DNA of 64,000 bases from Thermoleophilia bacterium UBA2241 (GCA_002347645.1 DDYF01000013.1:5845-69844), one strand, 5' to 3'; numbered from the stretch's first letter, positions 10,901 through 20,164 are shown. Program-made: numbers and translations. Notes: a model not told the origin generated them from the letters alone.

Positions 10901-13415
10901 CGTAGATGTCGCAGATGTCCGCACCCGACACGTTGCGGATGCGGTGCGCGACGGCGCGGATGACAGCATCCTTGTCGAGCGTGGCGCCGAAGTCGAGGCT
11001 CGAGTCGACGAGAAGGCGCAGCTCGCGGTTGCCCTTCTCCAACCGGCCGAGCAGTACGGCTTTGTCGAAGGCTCCGGCGACCAGCGCGCCCACGTTGCGG
11101 ATGAAGTCGAGCAGGTCCGTCCAGTCGCGCGGCCTCCTGTCGAAGATGTCGATGAGCCCGACGGGACGGCCGTCGGTCACGAGCGGCATGGAGACCATGC
11201 TGCGGTAGCCCCAGCGACCGTACCGGACCCTCTCCTCGTCCGCGAGGGGCGCCCTCTGGAGGTCGTCCACCACGATCGGCGCGTCTCGCTCGAGCGCCGC
11301 GACGGTGCCGGGGTAGTCGCACAGGTCGGCGACCCGTCCGATCTCGCCCTCGTCCCAGCCCCGGCTGTCGATGCTGGCGAGGCACTCCATCTGGTCGCCC
11401 TCGATGCGCCAGATGTCGCAGTCCTCGGCGCGGAGGGCGAGGCGCAGGCGCTCGGCGACGCGCCGCACCAGCTGGCCCAGGTCGTCGGCCTCCGCCACCA
11501 CGTCGCCGAGCTCGACGAGCTCACGCAGGCCCCGGTTGCTCTGACGGAGGCTCTTGAGCAGGTGCGCGTTCTTGATGCCGTCCGCGACCATGCGTCCGGC
11601 GCTGATGACGAACTCGAGCGCCTCGGCGTAGTCGCGCTCCCGGGTGTCGAAGACGTCGATGAGCCCGACCACTTCATCGCCGGCCACCAGCGGAAGGGTC
11701 AGGCCGCTGCGGAAGTCGAACTCCGCCCAGTCCTCCACCTCCTCTGGGGTGAGGCGCGGGTCGTCCAGGTCGGCGAAGACGACGAGCTCGCGGTGGCGCA
11801 GGGCGGTCGCGGTCGTCGGGAAGAGGTCGAGGTCCAGGAGCTTGCCCTCCACCGATGTGTCGATGCCCCGTGTGTCGATGCTGATGAGGCAACGGATCCG
11901 GCCTTCCTGGAGGTGCCAGATGTCGCAGTCCGCGGTGTCGAGGACGCGCCGTAGCGTGCTCGAAGCGATGACCGCGAGCTCGCGGGCGTCGGAGGTCCGC
12001 GAGAGCGCTCCCGCCAGCTCGACCAGCTCGCGCTCGTACGCGGCGCGCCGCTGGACCTCGTCGAGCAGGACGGTGTTCTCGAAGATGCCGGCGAGCAACT
12101 GCGCGACGTTGGTGAGAAAGCCGACGTGCTCGCTCCAGTCGCGCTCCGCATCGTCGTACAGCTCGATCATCCCGACGACCTGGCCGCCGGCGACCATCGG
12201 CAAGCTTGCCGAGCTGTTGAAGCCCCAGGAGCGATAGGCGCGCACCTCATCGGCCGTGAGCCGCTCATCGTGGAGGTCGCCCAGGAGCAGGGGCTCCCGG
12301 GCGTCCAGGGCCGCCGCGGTGGCAGGATAAGCCGTCAGGTCGAGGGCGCGGTCCGCGGCGCTCGCGTCGACCCCGTCGCGGCTCATGCTGAGCAGTGAGC
12401 GGATCTCCTCGCCGCCGATGCGCCACACGTCCACGTAGTCCGCGTTCACCGCTGTCATGAGGCGCTCGGCGACCGTCTGCACGAACGTCTTGAGGTCCTT
12501 GGCTTGGGCGACTTCCTGGGAGAGCGCGATGAGGTCGCGCATGGTGCGCTGGCGCTCGTCGAGCTCGGCCTTCGTGGCGGCGAAGTCCAGCGCGTGCGCG
12601 ACCAGTCGCGCCACGGCGGTCGCCAGGGGCAGGAAGGGGCTGAGGTCGCGGTCGCGCGTGTCGATGAGCTCCAGGGCGCCCCCGTCCGGGCCGATGGCCG
12701 CGGGTACCCAGAGCAGCGCGTGGCATCCACGCTGGCGCAGGACGGTCGACGCCGTCGTCGACGCCACACCCTTGCGGAGCGCGACCGCCTGATCGCCCCC
12801 GTACGACTGCGAATCGCAGGAGTCGGCGAGGACGCGGCGCCGGCCGGCGCGGCTCACGTCTTCGCCGCCGGCGTCCACGCTGACCAGGACCTCGAGGTGG
12901 CCGTTCCGACGGACGAGGACCTCGCAGCGGCCGGCGTCGGTGATCTCACGCAACATCCGTGCGGCGCGGGCGGGGACGTCGTGGGGCGTCTCCTCCATGA
13001 TCTGCACGAGCTCGGCAAGCCGCACGGCGTCAAGCGCTCCGGGGCCGGCGCTGGCGGTGCAAGGCGTCTCATACGACGATGGCGGCGGGGGGAGTGCCAC
13101 TTCCGGCCCGAGGATGCAGGCCGTGGCCGCGGCAGGGACATGCGCCTCGAAGGCCGGTGCTACTTGCAGTTCCGGCGCGAGAGCGAGGATCTCTTCGAGG
13201 AGGTAGCGCCGGTGACCACCCGGGCTCCGGTGCGCCGGGATGCGCCCCGCGTCGCTCCACCGCCGGACGGTGTTCGGGCTCATGCCCAGCAGGCGGGCGA
13301 CGTCCGCGACGCGGAGCCAGCTCGCCCGCCCCTTCTCTCTCTCGCTGCTCGGGGTGAGGATGGTCACGCTCGACGTATCGGCGCGCACGCAGGAGAACTT
13401 TACAGAACCTCCCAC
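7944..13415 (-). CDS. giant multidomain signalling protein: N-terminal excisionase/MerR-type HTH, about 7 GAF domains, HD-GYP phosphodiesterase, C-terminal GGDEF (GGEEF)
   Basis: N-terminus VADVARLLGMSPNTVRRW (HTH). Repeated GAF-like blocks. HD-GYP signature YLHDIGK...HHEKFGGGGYPDGL. GGDEF domain with RYGGEEF. 1823 aa. Its 3' end overlaps the selB end convergently. Confidence 0.8.
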   Translation of the reverse strand: MGGSVKFSCVRADTSSVTILTPSSEREKGRASWLRVADVARLLGMSPNTVRRWSDAGRIPAHRSPGGHRRYLLEEILALAPELQVAPAFEAHVPAAATACILGPEVALPPPPSSYETPCTASAGPGALDAVRLAELVQIMEETPHDVPARAARMLREITDAGRCEVLVRRNGHLEVLVSVDAGGEDVSRAGRRRVLADSCDSQSYGGDQAVALRKGVASTTASTVLRQRGCHALLWVPAAIGPDGGALELIDTRDRDLSPFLPLATAVARLVAHALDFAATKAELDERQRTMRDLIALSQEVAQAKDLKTFVQTVAERLMTAVNADYVDVWRIGGEEIRSLLSMSRDGVDASAADRALDLTAYPATAAALDAREPLLLGDLHDERLTADEVRAYRSWGFNSSASLPMVAGGQVVGMIELYDDAERDWSEHVGFLTNVAQLLAGIFENTVLLDEVQRRAAYERELVELAGALSRTSDARELAVIASSTLRRVLDTADCDIWHLQEGRIRCLISIDTRGIDTSVEGKLLDLDLFPTTATALRHRELVVFADLDDPRLTPEEVEDWAEFDFRSGLTLPLVAGDEVVGLIDVFDTRERDYAEALEFVISAGRMVADGIKNAHLLKSLRQSNRGLRELVELGDVVAEADDLGQLVRRVAERLRLALRAEDCDIWRIEGDQMECLASIDSRGWDEGEIGRVADLCDYPGTVAALERDAPIVVDDLQRAPLADEERVRYGRWGYRSMVSMPLVTDGRPVGLIDIFDRRPRDWTDLLDFIRNVGALVAGAFDKAVLLGRLEKGNRELRLLVDSSLDFGATLDKDAVIRAVAHRIRNVSGADICDIYEVDGDEAEILTSVRAEGDPDVRGLRYPIADFRTFVEARATHAPAEMPDVQNDPRATPTELADAARWGYTSTADIPLMVRGDVIGFVSIYRRTAGRFADMEVIVGLAQIAAQAIANAKLYRHLDENARRLGLLTESTLELTSTLDLEDVLTRLAWRLCCSVGVPDCRIHVVEGPDLVSVMSLADGVVDRDGIGARLPLREAGVTRDVMRTKRPTVVASLDDPRLSERVRERSARYYGPSAGETCWLSLPLIAADEVIGVVELIETRGPRAFTAEERETAAAICHAAAMALTNARLFAREQAAHRETSILNEIARSTAASLDVQDIAAATARQLGKLVTFDGFGLLLFTNGKVTRIVTHEGDASPLETSDFADVDPSFVRRLLRESLLVLHLPEESPLPPGHPATSKARQMAVLALVSDDGLIGALALASSDEDAFADVNRGLLMRVATQLSLAVANACLYDEIKEMHLGNLKALSSALNAKDYYTLGHAARVAAYMVLLGRELGWQEGLLESIEEAAYLHDIGKISISDRVLLKPGRLNDREWEQMRQHPVFSADIIRPLFPDDLVLAVRHHHEKFGGGGYPDGLSGDAIPMLARAMAVVDAYDAMSCRRPYKAALSYPECLEELERCRGTQFDPAMVDAFLHVLQRVFERRSVATRIASQAAGRIRGESHATLRGLEDEGRPEYDDIAQVLREVRDANPPTRFLTTQCRVDQRYIIAVDPEENDVTRSRLGDEIFTDDELPLVLEGRIPDVNILFADEFGVWVEGLAPIRDAEGRVVAAAVADLPAIDGPAGETSGSDARRSFAALTQTAAIRFSRTEVDAITDALTGLYTHRYLHERLAEELARAREHDRPLSVLFCDLDNFRAYNRRRGHSAGDAALREVAHIIEQSVRGVDVAARYGGEEFVVALVETAGDEVLTLSVGVATFPDDAGGREELLDKADWAMCLAKRQGRNRIVRFAGEDGPGETPGRKSRPQRRLRATRTSP

Positions 13416-13544
13416 CTCTCCGGTTCAGGTCCGGGGGCGTCGCGCGCCGACGGCTGACGCGCGGCGCGGCGCGGCATACGATGTGCGCCACGCGGCGGGT
13501 GCAGGCCCGGCCGCGCCGCCAAGCGCACGGGAGGAGCAGGGACG

Positions 13545-14342
13545 ATGGAACGGAAGGGCAGGGTCGAGGGCAAAGTCGCGCTCATCACCGGTGTGGCGAA
13601 GCCCGACAGCATCGGCTTCGCCACGGCGAAGGTCTTCGCGCGGGAGGGCGCGATGCTCGCGATCGTCGACATCGCCGAGGCGGTGCACGCGTGCGCCGAC
13701 CAGTTGCGCGGTGAAGGCTTCACGGTATCGTCGCACACCGCCGACCTGACCAAGATGGAGCAGGTCAAGAAGGCCGTCGGCGAAGTCCTCACCTGCTACG
13801 GCCGCGTCGACGTCCTCGTCAACAACGCCGGCATGGTCGTCTTCGGCCAGGAGGAGGACTTCACGGCGTTCCAGGACCTGACTGAGGAATCCTGGGACTT
13901 CGGCATCGCGATCAACCTCAAGACCCAGTTCAATGTGACCCGCTGTGTGGTCCCGCACATGATCGCGCAGAAGTACGGGCGCATCGTCAACGTGTCGTCG
14001 GTGACCGGCCCCGTGGTCGCCAACCCCGACGAGTCGGCCTACTGCGCCGCCAAGGCCGGCGTGCTCGGCATGACGCGTGGTCTGGCGCTCGACGTCGCGA
14101 AGTTCGGCATCACCGCGAATGCGGTGGGGCCGGGCTGGATCCAGACCGGATCGACCGTCGAGGGCGAAGACGTGGGCGGCGAGAACACGCCGCTCGGCCG
14201 CTCGGCATACCCCGAGGAGGTCGGCAAGGTCGTCTGCTTCCTCGGCTCCGACGACGCGAGCTACATCACCGGGCAGCTCATCGTGGTCGACGGCGGCAAC
14301 ACGATCCAGGAGTACAAGGGGCCGAGCGACCTGTACTACTGA
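13545..14342 (+). CDS. SDR family NAD(P)-dependent oxidoreductase
   Basis: VALITGVAKPDSIGFATAKVF Rossmann motif. YxxxK catalytic region (YCAAKAGV). Confidence 0.8.
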   Translation: MERKGRVEGKVALITGVAKPDSIGFATAKVFAREGAMLAIVDIAEAVHACADQLRGEGFTVSSHTADLTKMEQVKKAVGEVLTCYGRVDVLVNNAGMVVFGQEEDFTAFQDLTEESWDFGIAINLKTQFNVTRCVVPHMIAQKYGRIVNVSSVTGPVVANPDESAYCAAKAGVLGMTRGLALDVAKFGITANAVGPGWIQTGSTVEGEDVGGENTPLGRSAYPEEVGKVVCFLGSDDASYITGQLIVVDGGNTIQEYKGPSDLYY

Positions 14343-14371
14343 CCCGGCCGACGGCCGGGGAAGGGGGACCT

Positions 14372-14494
14372 ATGGCGCGCATCGACTACCTCTCCATGTT
14401 CCGCGGCGAGCTGCCCGTCGGGTACGTGACGTACTTCCCCGAGGAGGACATGAAGGTCGACCGCCTGTTCGCCGAAGGGCCGGCGTCCGTCTGA
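14372..14494 (+). CDS. candidate 40-aa small ORF between the two SDR genes
   Basis: ATG at 14372 preceded by GGGAAGGGGGA. Encodes MARIDYLSMFRGELPVGYVTYFPEEDMKVDRLFAEGPASV. No homology recognised. Confidence 0.25.
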   Translation: MARIDYLSMFRGELPVGYVTYFPEEDMKVDRLFAEGPASV

Positions 14495-14634
14495 GGGAGC
14501 GCGCGGCGGTCACGAACCTGCGACCTTTGTCGGGGCGCTGCTCCCACGGTAAGCTTGCGAACATTGAAGGACCGTTCAGTCTTTGACACGACGCGAGGTC
14601 GCCTGTGGCTGGCGGCGCGATTGGAGGCGATCGT

Positions 14635-15423
14635 ATGACCTACGAGATGACCGGCAAGACGGTCGTGATCACCGGCGCCGGCGGCGGCGTCGGCACGGCG
14701 GCGGCGCGGCGCTTCGCCGCCGCCGGCGCCAGCCTCGTCCTTGCCGACCTCAACGCGGTACGCCTCGAGGAGCTCGCCGGCGAGCTCGCCGCGCTGACGA
14801 CGGTGTACGGTGTCGCCTGCGACGTCAGCTCCGTCGCCGACGTGGAGAACCTCATGGCCGAGGCGGTCGCGGAGACGGATCGCATCGACGTCCTGATCAA
14901 CACGGCCGGTCTCTGGGTCGAGGGGCCGACCGAGACCATGACCGAGGCCGACTGGGACCGCGTGGTCGACGTCAACCTCAAGGGGACGTTCTTCTGCTGC
15001 AGCCGCGCGATCCCCGAGTTGCGCAAGACGCAGGGCTGCATCGTCAGCCTCAGCTCCGACTGCGGCGTCGTCGGCACGCCGGAGACGGCCATCTACACGG
15101 CCTCCAAAGGTGGCGTGAGCCTGTTCACGAAGGCGCTCGCGCTCGAGCTCGCCGGCGACCTCGTGCGTGTCAACGCCGTCTGCCCGGCCGACATCATGAC
15201 TCCGATGCTCCAGTACCAGGCCGACACCTACGGCGGGGGCGACCCGGAGGGCTACTTCAAGCGCCTTCTCGGCAGCTACCCGCAGGGCGAGAAGGCGCGC
15301 TTCATCACGCCGGAGGAGGTCGCCGAGCTCATCTTCTACCTCGCCTCGCCGCCGGCGGCACCCATCACCGGCGCGAACATCTCCATCGACTTCGGCACGT
15401 CGGCGGGTTACGGCTACGAGTGA
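14635..15423 (+). CDS. SDR family oxidoreductase
   Basis: ATG at 14635 after GGAGG. TGAGGGVG glycine motif. YTASKGGV catalytic Tyr/Lys. Confidence 0.8.
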   Translation: MTYEMTGKTVVITGAGGGVGTAAARRFAAAGASLVLADLNAVRLEELAGELAALTTVYGVACDVSSVADVENLMAEAVAETDRIDVLINTAGLWVEGPTETMTEADWDRVVDVNLKGTFFCCSRAIPELRKTQGCIVSLSSDCGVVGTPETAIYTASKGGVSLFTKALALELAGDLVRVNAVCPADIMTPMLQYQADTYGGGDPEGYFKRLLGSYPQGEKARFITPEEVAELIFYLASPPAAPITGANISIDFGTSAGYGYE

Positions 15424-15504
15424 GCCCGGCCTGCGCACGCCGAGCACGAACCCATCCGCACCGGCAGAGTCACGCACGACCAGGGAAGGAGCAGCGCGGA
15501 CAAC

Positions 15505-16914
15505 ATGGGAGACACACCGTTCGTCCACCCGTACATCCCCAACTCGGTGCCGGCCACGAAGCAGACCATGCTCGACGAGCTGGGGCTGAGCAGCGTCGAG
15601 GAGATCTACGCCGAGATCCCCGAGCGCCTGCGCTTCAAGGGCACCCTCGACATCCCGTCGGCGATCCGATCGGAGCGCGAGCTGCGCAAGCACGTCCAGG
15701 GCCTGCTCGACAAGAACACGTCGGCGGTCGACTTCATGAACTTCTGCGGCGCGGGCTGCTGGCAGCACCACGTGCCGGCGGTGGTCGACGAGATCATCAA
15801 CCGTGCCGAGTTCGTGTCGGCGTACTGCGGCGGCGACTACTCCGACCTCGGCAAGTACCTGACGCGCTTCGAGTTCAACAGCATGCTCGGCGAACTGCTC
15901 GACTTCGACGCGGTCGCCAACCCCATCTACGACTGGGGTGACGTCGCCGGGCGCTCGTTCCGCATGGCCCGGCGCATCACCGGCCGCGACAAGGTGCTGG
16001 CCCCGGCGCACGTCAGCCCGATGCGGCTCATGGAGATGCGCACGTTGTGCCAACCCGAGGCGATGCCGACGAGCACCAAGATCCGCTTCTACGAGTGGGA
16101 CCGCGAGTCCGGCATGGTCGACCTCGAGGATCTCGAGGCGAAGCTCGACGACTCCATCGCGGCCGTGTACTGGGAGAACCCGACCTACCTGGGGACGATC
16201 GAGGCGCAGGGGGCCGAGATCGCCAGGCTCGCCCATGAACACGGCGCGCTGGCGATCGCCGGCGTCGACCCGATCACGCTCGGCGTGCTGGCCCCGCCCG
16301 GCAGTCTCGGGGCGGACATCGCCTGCGGCGACATCCAGCCCCTGGGCATGCACATGCACGCCGGCGGCGGCTGCTCGGGCTTCATCGCCTTCCGCGACGA
16401 GGACCCGGCCTTCGCTCAGGAGTGCCCGCTCGAGCTCTACACCGTGATGGAGACCAAGACCCCCGGCCAGTACGCCGTGGGCGAGGCGATGGCCGAGCGC
16501 ACGAGCTATGGCTCGCGCGACCAGGGCAAGGACTGGGTCGGCACCGCCTCCGGCCTGTGGACCATCGCCGCCGCCGTCTACATGGCGCTCATGGGGCCGC
16601 AGGGCTTCAAGGAGGTCGGGGAGACCTGCATCGCCCGCTCGCACTACGCGGCCAGGCTGCTCGGCGAGATACCCGGAGTGCGGATCAGGCTGTCACCGAG
16701 CTTCTTCAAGGAGTTCGTCGTCGACTTCAGCGAGACCGGCAAGACGGTGGCCGAGATCAACGAGAAGCTGCTCGGCCACGAGATCTTCGGCGGCAAGGAC
16801 CTCTCGTCCGAGTTCCCCGAGCTCGGCCAGAGCGCGCTCTACTGCGTCACCGAATACTACGACCAGGCCGACATCGAGAAGCTGGCCTCGGCCGTCAAGG
16901 AGGTGACGGCATGA
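15505..16914 (+). CDS. gcvPA: glycine dehydrogenase (decarboxylating) subunit 1-like (GcvPA family, aminomethyl-transferring)
   Basis: N-terminal ELGLSSVEEIYAEIPERLRFKG and central GADIACGDIQPLG/GGG blocks match split P-protein alpha subunits. Stop overlaps the next start (ATGA). Confidence 0.7.
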   Translation: MGDTPFVHPYIPNSVPATKQTMLDELGLSSVEEIYAEIPERLRFKGTLDIPSAIRSERELRKHVQGLLDKNTSAVDFMNFCGAGCWQHHVPAVVDEIINRAEFVSAYCGGDYSDLGKYLTRFEFNSMLGELLDFDAVANPIYDWGDVAGRSFRMARRITGRDKVLAPAHVSPMRLMEMRTLCQPEAMPTSTKIRFYEWDRESGMVDLEDLEAKLDDSIAAVYWENPTYLGTIEAQGAEIARLAHEHGALAIAGVDPITLGVLAPPGSLGADIACGDIQPLGMHMHAGGGCSGFIAFRDEDPAFAQECPLELYTVMETKTPGQYAVGEAMAERTSYGSRDQGKDWVGTASGLWTIAAAVYMALMGPQGFKEVGETCIARSHYAARLLGEIPGVRIRLSPSFFKEFVVDFSETGKTVAEINEKLLGHEIFGGKDLSSEFPELGQSALYCVTEYYDQADIEKLASAVKEVTA

Positions 16915-18524
16915 GCACGCACGAGACGCCGCACGAGAAGGTCGCCCGCCTCGCGAAGCTGCGCCGCGACGGCGGTGTGCTGCGCGATTACCGCTCGCCG
17001 CGCTACGACGAGCCGTTCATCATGGAGCAGGGGACGCCCGGCGAGCGCGGCGTCTTCGTGCCGCTCGCCGAAGAGGCCGTCACGCAGGCCGTCGGCGAGG
17101 CCGCGGACTACATCCCCGAGGGGATGACCCGCGCGGCCGCCCCGGTCCTTCCCGAGATGGCCCAGTACCAGGTCATGCGACACTACCTGCGCTACGCGCA
17201 AATGACCCTCGGCATGGACCTCGGCAGCGACATCAGCGAGGGCACGTGCACGATGAAGTACTCGCCCAAGATGCACGAGGAGCTGATCCGCGGGCACAAG
17301 GCCGCCGACCTGCACCCCTGGCAGGACGAGGACACCATGCAGGGACTCCTCGAGATCGTCTACGAGACGGGCCAGTACCTCAAGTCCATCTCGGGCATGG
17401 ACGCGTTCACCCTGCAGCCGGGCGGCGGGTCGCACGCGGTCTACACCAACGCGTGCGTGATGCGCCGCTACTTCGAGGCGAAGGGCGAGCTCGACCAGCG
17501 CGACGAGATGATCACGACGATCTTCTCGCATCCCTGCGATGCGGCGACGCCGAAGGTCGCCGGCTTCAAGGTCATCACCGTGATGCCGGACGACAACGGC
17601 TACCCGGACCTCGAAGCCTTCAAGACGGCCGTCTCCGAGAAGACGGTCGGCTGCATGATCACCAACCCCGAGGACACCGGCATCTACAACCCGCAGATCG
17701 ACAAGTACGTCGAGGTGCTGCACGACGCCGGCGCCCTGGCCTTCACCGACCAGGCCAACGCCAACGGCATCCTTGGCTTCGCGCGCGCCCGCGACGCGGG
17801 CTTCGACGCCTGCCACTTCAACCTGCACAAGACCTTCTCGAGCCCGCACGGCTGCGAGGGTCCGGCGAGCGGCGCATACATGGTCACCGACGAGCTGGCG
17901 CCCTACCTGCCGGTCCCGGTCGTCACGAAGGTCGGCGACAAGTTCCACCTCGACTACGACCGGCCCGAGAGCATCGGCCGCGTGCGCGGCTTTCTCGGCA
18001 ACTGGATGTGCGTGATCCGCGCCTACGCGTGGATCCGGAACCTGGGCCCCGAGGGCCTCAAAGAGGTCGCCGAGATCAGCGTCCTCAACAACAATTACCT
18101 CGACAACCTGCTCATGGCGGTCAAGGGCGTCAGCCGGCCGTACGCCGAAGGCCATCGCCGGCTCGACCAGGTCCGCTACAGCCTGCAGCAGCTCAAGGAG
18201 GACACCGGCGTCGGGACCGAAGCGCTGCGTGACCGCATGGTCGACTTCGGTATCCAGAGCTACTGGATGAGCCACCACCCGTGGGTCGTCCCCGAGCCGT
18301 TCACCCCCGAACCCTGCGAGACCTACAGCAAGGACGACCTCGACGAATGGGCGGCGGTCATCAAGAAGGGGAGCGACGAATCGTACGCCGACGCGGCGTT
18401 CGTGCTCGACGCGCCGCACGCTCAGCCGATCGACCAGATGCTCCGCACCGAGGCCATGGAAGAGCACGACCAATGGGCCTTCACCTGGCGCGCTTACCAG
18501 AAGAAGATCCGCGGCGCGACGTGA
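16911..18524 (+). CDS. gcvPB: glycine dehydrogenase (decarboxylating) subunit 2-like (GcvPB family, PLP-binding)
   Basis: HFNLHKTFSSPHGCEGP (PLP-lysine region) and overall beta-subunit architecture. ATG at 16911. Confidence 0.7.
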   Translation: MSTHETPHEKVARLAKLRRDGGVLRDYRSPRYDEPFIMEQGTPGERGVFVPLAEEAVTQAVGEAADYIPEGMTRAAAPVLPEMAQYQVMRHYLRYAQMTLGMDLGSDISEGTCTMKYSPKMHEELIRGHKAADLHPWQDEDTMQGLLEIVYETGQYLKSISGMDAFTLQPGGGSHAVYTNACVMRRYFEAKGELDQRDEMITTIFSHPCDAATPKVAGFKVITVMPDDNGYPDLEAFKTAVSEKTVGCMITNPEDTGIYNPQIDKYVEVLHDAGALAFTDQANANGILGFARARDAGFDACHFNLHKTFSSPHGCEGPASGAYMVTDELAPYLPVPVVTKVGDKFHLDYDRPESIGRVRGFLGNWMCVIRAYAWIRNLGPEGLKEVAEISVLNNNYLDNLLMAVKGVSRPYAEGHRRLDQVRYSLQQLKEDTGVGTEALRDRMVDFGIQSYWMSHHPWVVPEPFTPEPCETYSKDDLDEWAAVIKKGSDESYADAAFVLDAPHAQPIDQMLRTEAMEEHDQWAFTWRAYQKKIRGAT

Positions 18525-18577
18525 GCCGCATCCAGGTGGGGGAAGACGTGCGCCCCGTGGGACGATAAGCTGGGCGC

Positions 18578-19228
18578 GTGAGCAGAGCGAATCATAAGGG
18601 CCGGCCGGCGCAGCAGCGCCGGCCGGCCTCCTTCCGCGCCCGCCTCATGGGCTGGGTGAGCCGCGTGACGCCGTGGTTCGCCGTGGTGGTCCTCGCGCTG
18701 GTCGCGGTGTGGCTCGCCTTCGCCGTGTACGAGTGGGCGGGCTTCCTGATGGGCGCGGAAGGCCGTACGAACACTGTCGTTGGCGGTCTGTTGATCTACG
18801 CGGCGGCGCTCGCCGGCACCCTGTGCATGATGCTCGTCGGCGTCCGCGCCGCGGCGGCTCCGAGACGATGGCCCTCGGACCGCGCCGTGCGCGTGCTGGC
18901 GACGCTGGGCCTGGTACTCATCGGCATGTCGGCGCCCCTTATGGTGCTGCGCGGTGACTATGGCATCGGCGGCGTCGTCATCGGCGTGACGCCGCTGCTC
19001 GTCTACTACGTGCGCATACGCCGCGCCCTCATCGACATCCTGCCGGCGTGGTGCGGGGGAGCGTGGAGGCCGGCGACGCGCCGCCCACGCCGCCCGGGCG
19101 AAGAGAAGATCAAGCGCCCGCCGCGCGCATGGGACGAGACGTCCGGGCCGCGCGCCGACCACGGCGGCTCGACGACCGCGGGCTCGCGGCGCAAGCGGGG
19201 CAAGAAGAAGCGGCGGAGCGGCCGTTGA
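18578..19228 (+). CDS. hypothetical membrane protein
   Basis: Four hydrophobic segments. Basic C-terminal tail. GTG start. Confidence 0.35.
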   Translation: MSRANHKGRPAQQRRPASFRARLMGWVSRVTPWFAVVVLALVAVWLAFAVYEWAGFLMGAEGRTNTVVGGLLIYAAALAGTLCMMLVGVRAAAAPRRWPSDRAVRVLATLGLVLIGMSAPLMVLRGDYGIGGVVIGVTPLLVYYVRIRRALIDILPAWCGGAWRPATRRPRRPGEEKIKRPPRAWDETSGPRADHGGSTTAGSRRKRGKKKRRSGR

Positions 19229-19740
19229 CGGGTCCACCGGGCGGTCGCCCGAAAGCCGGTCGCGTGGCGGTCAAACGCGATGACCTCTCTGTGGCGCAGA
19301 AGGCGCTCCGCTCGCTGGGCGTGGGCGTCATCCTCGCGACGGCCGTCCTCGCCACCGGGCTGACCGTCCGCTATCTCTCCGGCGACGGCGGAAGCGCGTC
19401 GACGCGTCTTGCTCTGGCGATCTCCATGGTCGGCGCATCGGTGGCGTGCTTCGCGATGCTGGTCGACGCCTTCGACTTCTGGCTGCTCGGCCGGCGCATG
19501 ACGCCGTTCAGCGTCAAGATGACGAGGTCGCTCGTCTTCGTCGCCATGCTCGTGGCCATCGGTCTGAGCCTCGCCGTCGCGGGGACCGCGTTACTGCTCG
19601 TGCTGACGCCGGCACTGATGATCTACCTGTTCGGCGTGGCGCGGCGCCGGCCACCGGCCACCGGCCGCCCGTCGGGCGCGGTCTCGCGTGGCGCGGCGCG
19701 GACGTCACGCCAGAAGCGCGGGGGGAAGACGCGTAGATGA
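19225..19740 (+). CDS. hypothetical membrane protein (TTGA overlap with upstream gene)
   Basis: TTG at 19225 overlaps the preceding stop. Multiple TM segments (VGVILATAVLATGL, LVFVAMLVAIGLSLAVAGTALLLVL). Confidence 0.3.
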   Translation: MTGPPGGRPKAGRVAVKRDDLSVAQKALRSLGVGVILATAVLATGLTVRYLSGDGGSASTRLALAISMVGASVACFAMLVDAFDFWLLGRRMTPFSVKMTRSLVFVAMLVAIGLSLAVAGTALLLVLTPALMIYLFGVARRRPPATGRPSGAVSRGAARTSRQKRGGKTRR

Positions 19741-20164
19741 GGCGCCACGGGCGTCGCGGCAGCCGCGGCGCCTGACGGACGCCTGTCTCACGCCCGTTCA
19801 CATTTCTTAACGTCACGGACGGCCCGCGCGGCAGGGGCGGCGGGCGCCAGCGCCCGCCGCCCCTGCCGCGCGCGAACCCCGTGTACGGCGAGGCTGCGGA
19901 CGGGCGGCAGCGCGGCCCTGCGCGGCTGCCGGGCCGTCGCCGCGCGCCCGGACCGCCCCCGTCCCGCGACAAAGGATCCTGCACGCGCGCTAACTTCGGT
20001 CTGAAGAAGGGCCGGGAATCTTCTACAATGTCCCTCACGGCGCCCGCAGGGGGCTTTCAGTGCTCGGGCCCACCTCGCCGTCTGAGGCCGTCGCGGCACG
20101 CGACCTCCCGGGCTCGAGAGCGGGCGCGGACACGACGTCCTGACGGACCTGGAGGAACGCAGTG

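Noticed and set aside
8976-11954. 992-aa ORF (+) antisense to the giant GAF/HD-GYP/GGDEF gene
   Set aside because: Shadow ORF on the opposite strand of a well-supported gene. No motifs. Codon composition consistent with antisense of a high-GC CDS.
14386-18473. 752-aa and 538-aa minus-strand ORFs antisense to SDR/gcvPA/gcvPB
   Set aside because: Shadow ORFs. The sense strand encodes clear SDR and P-protein homologs.
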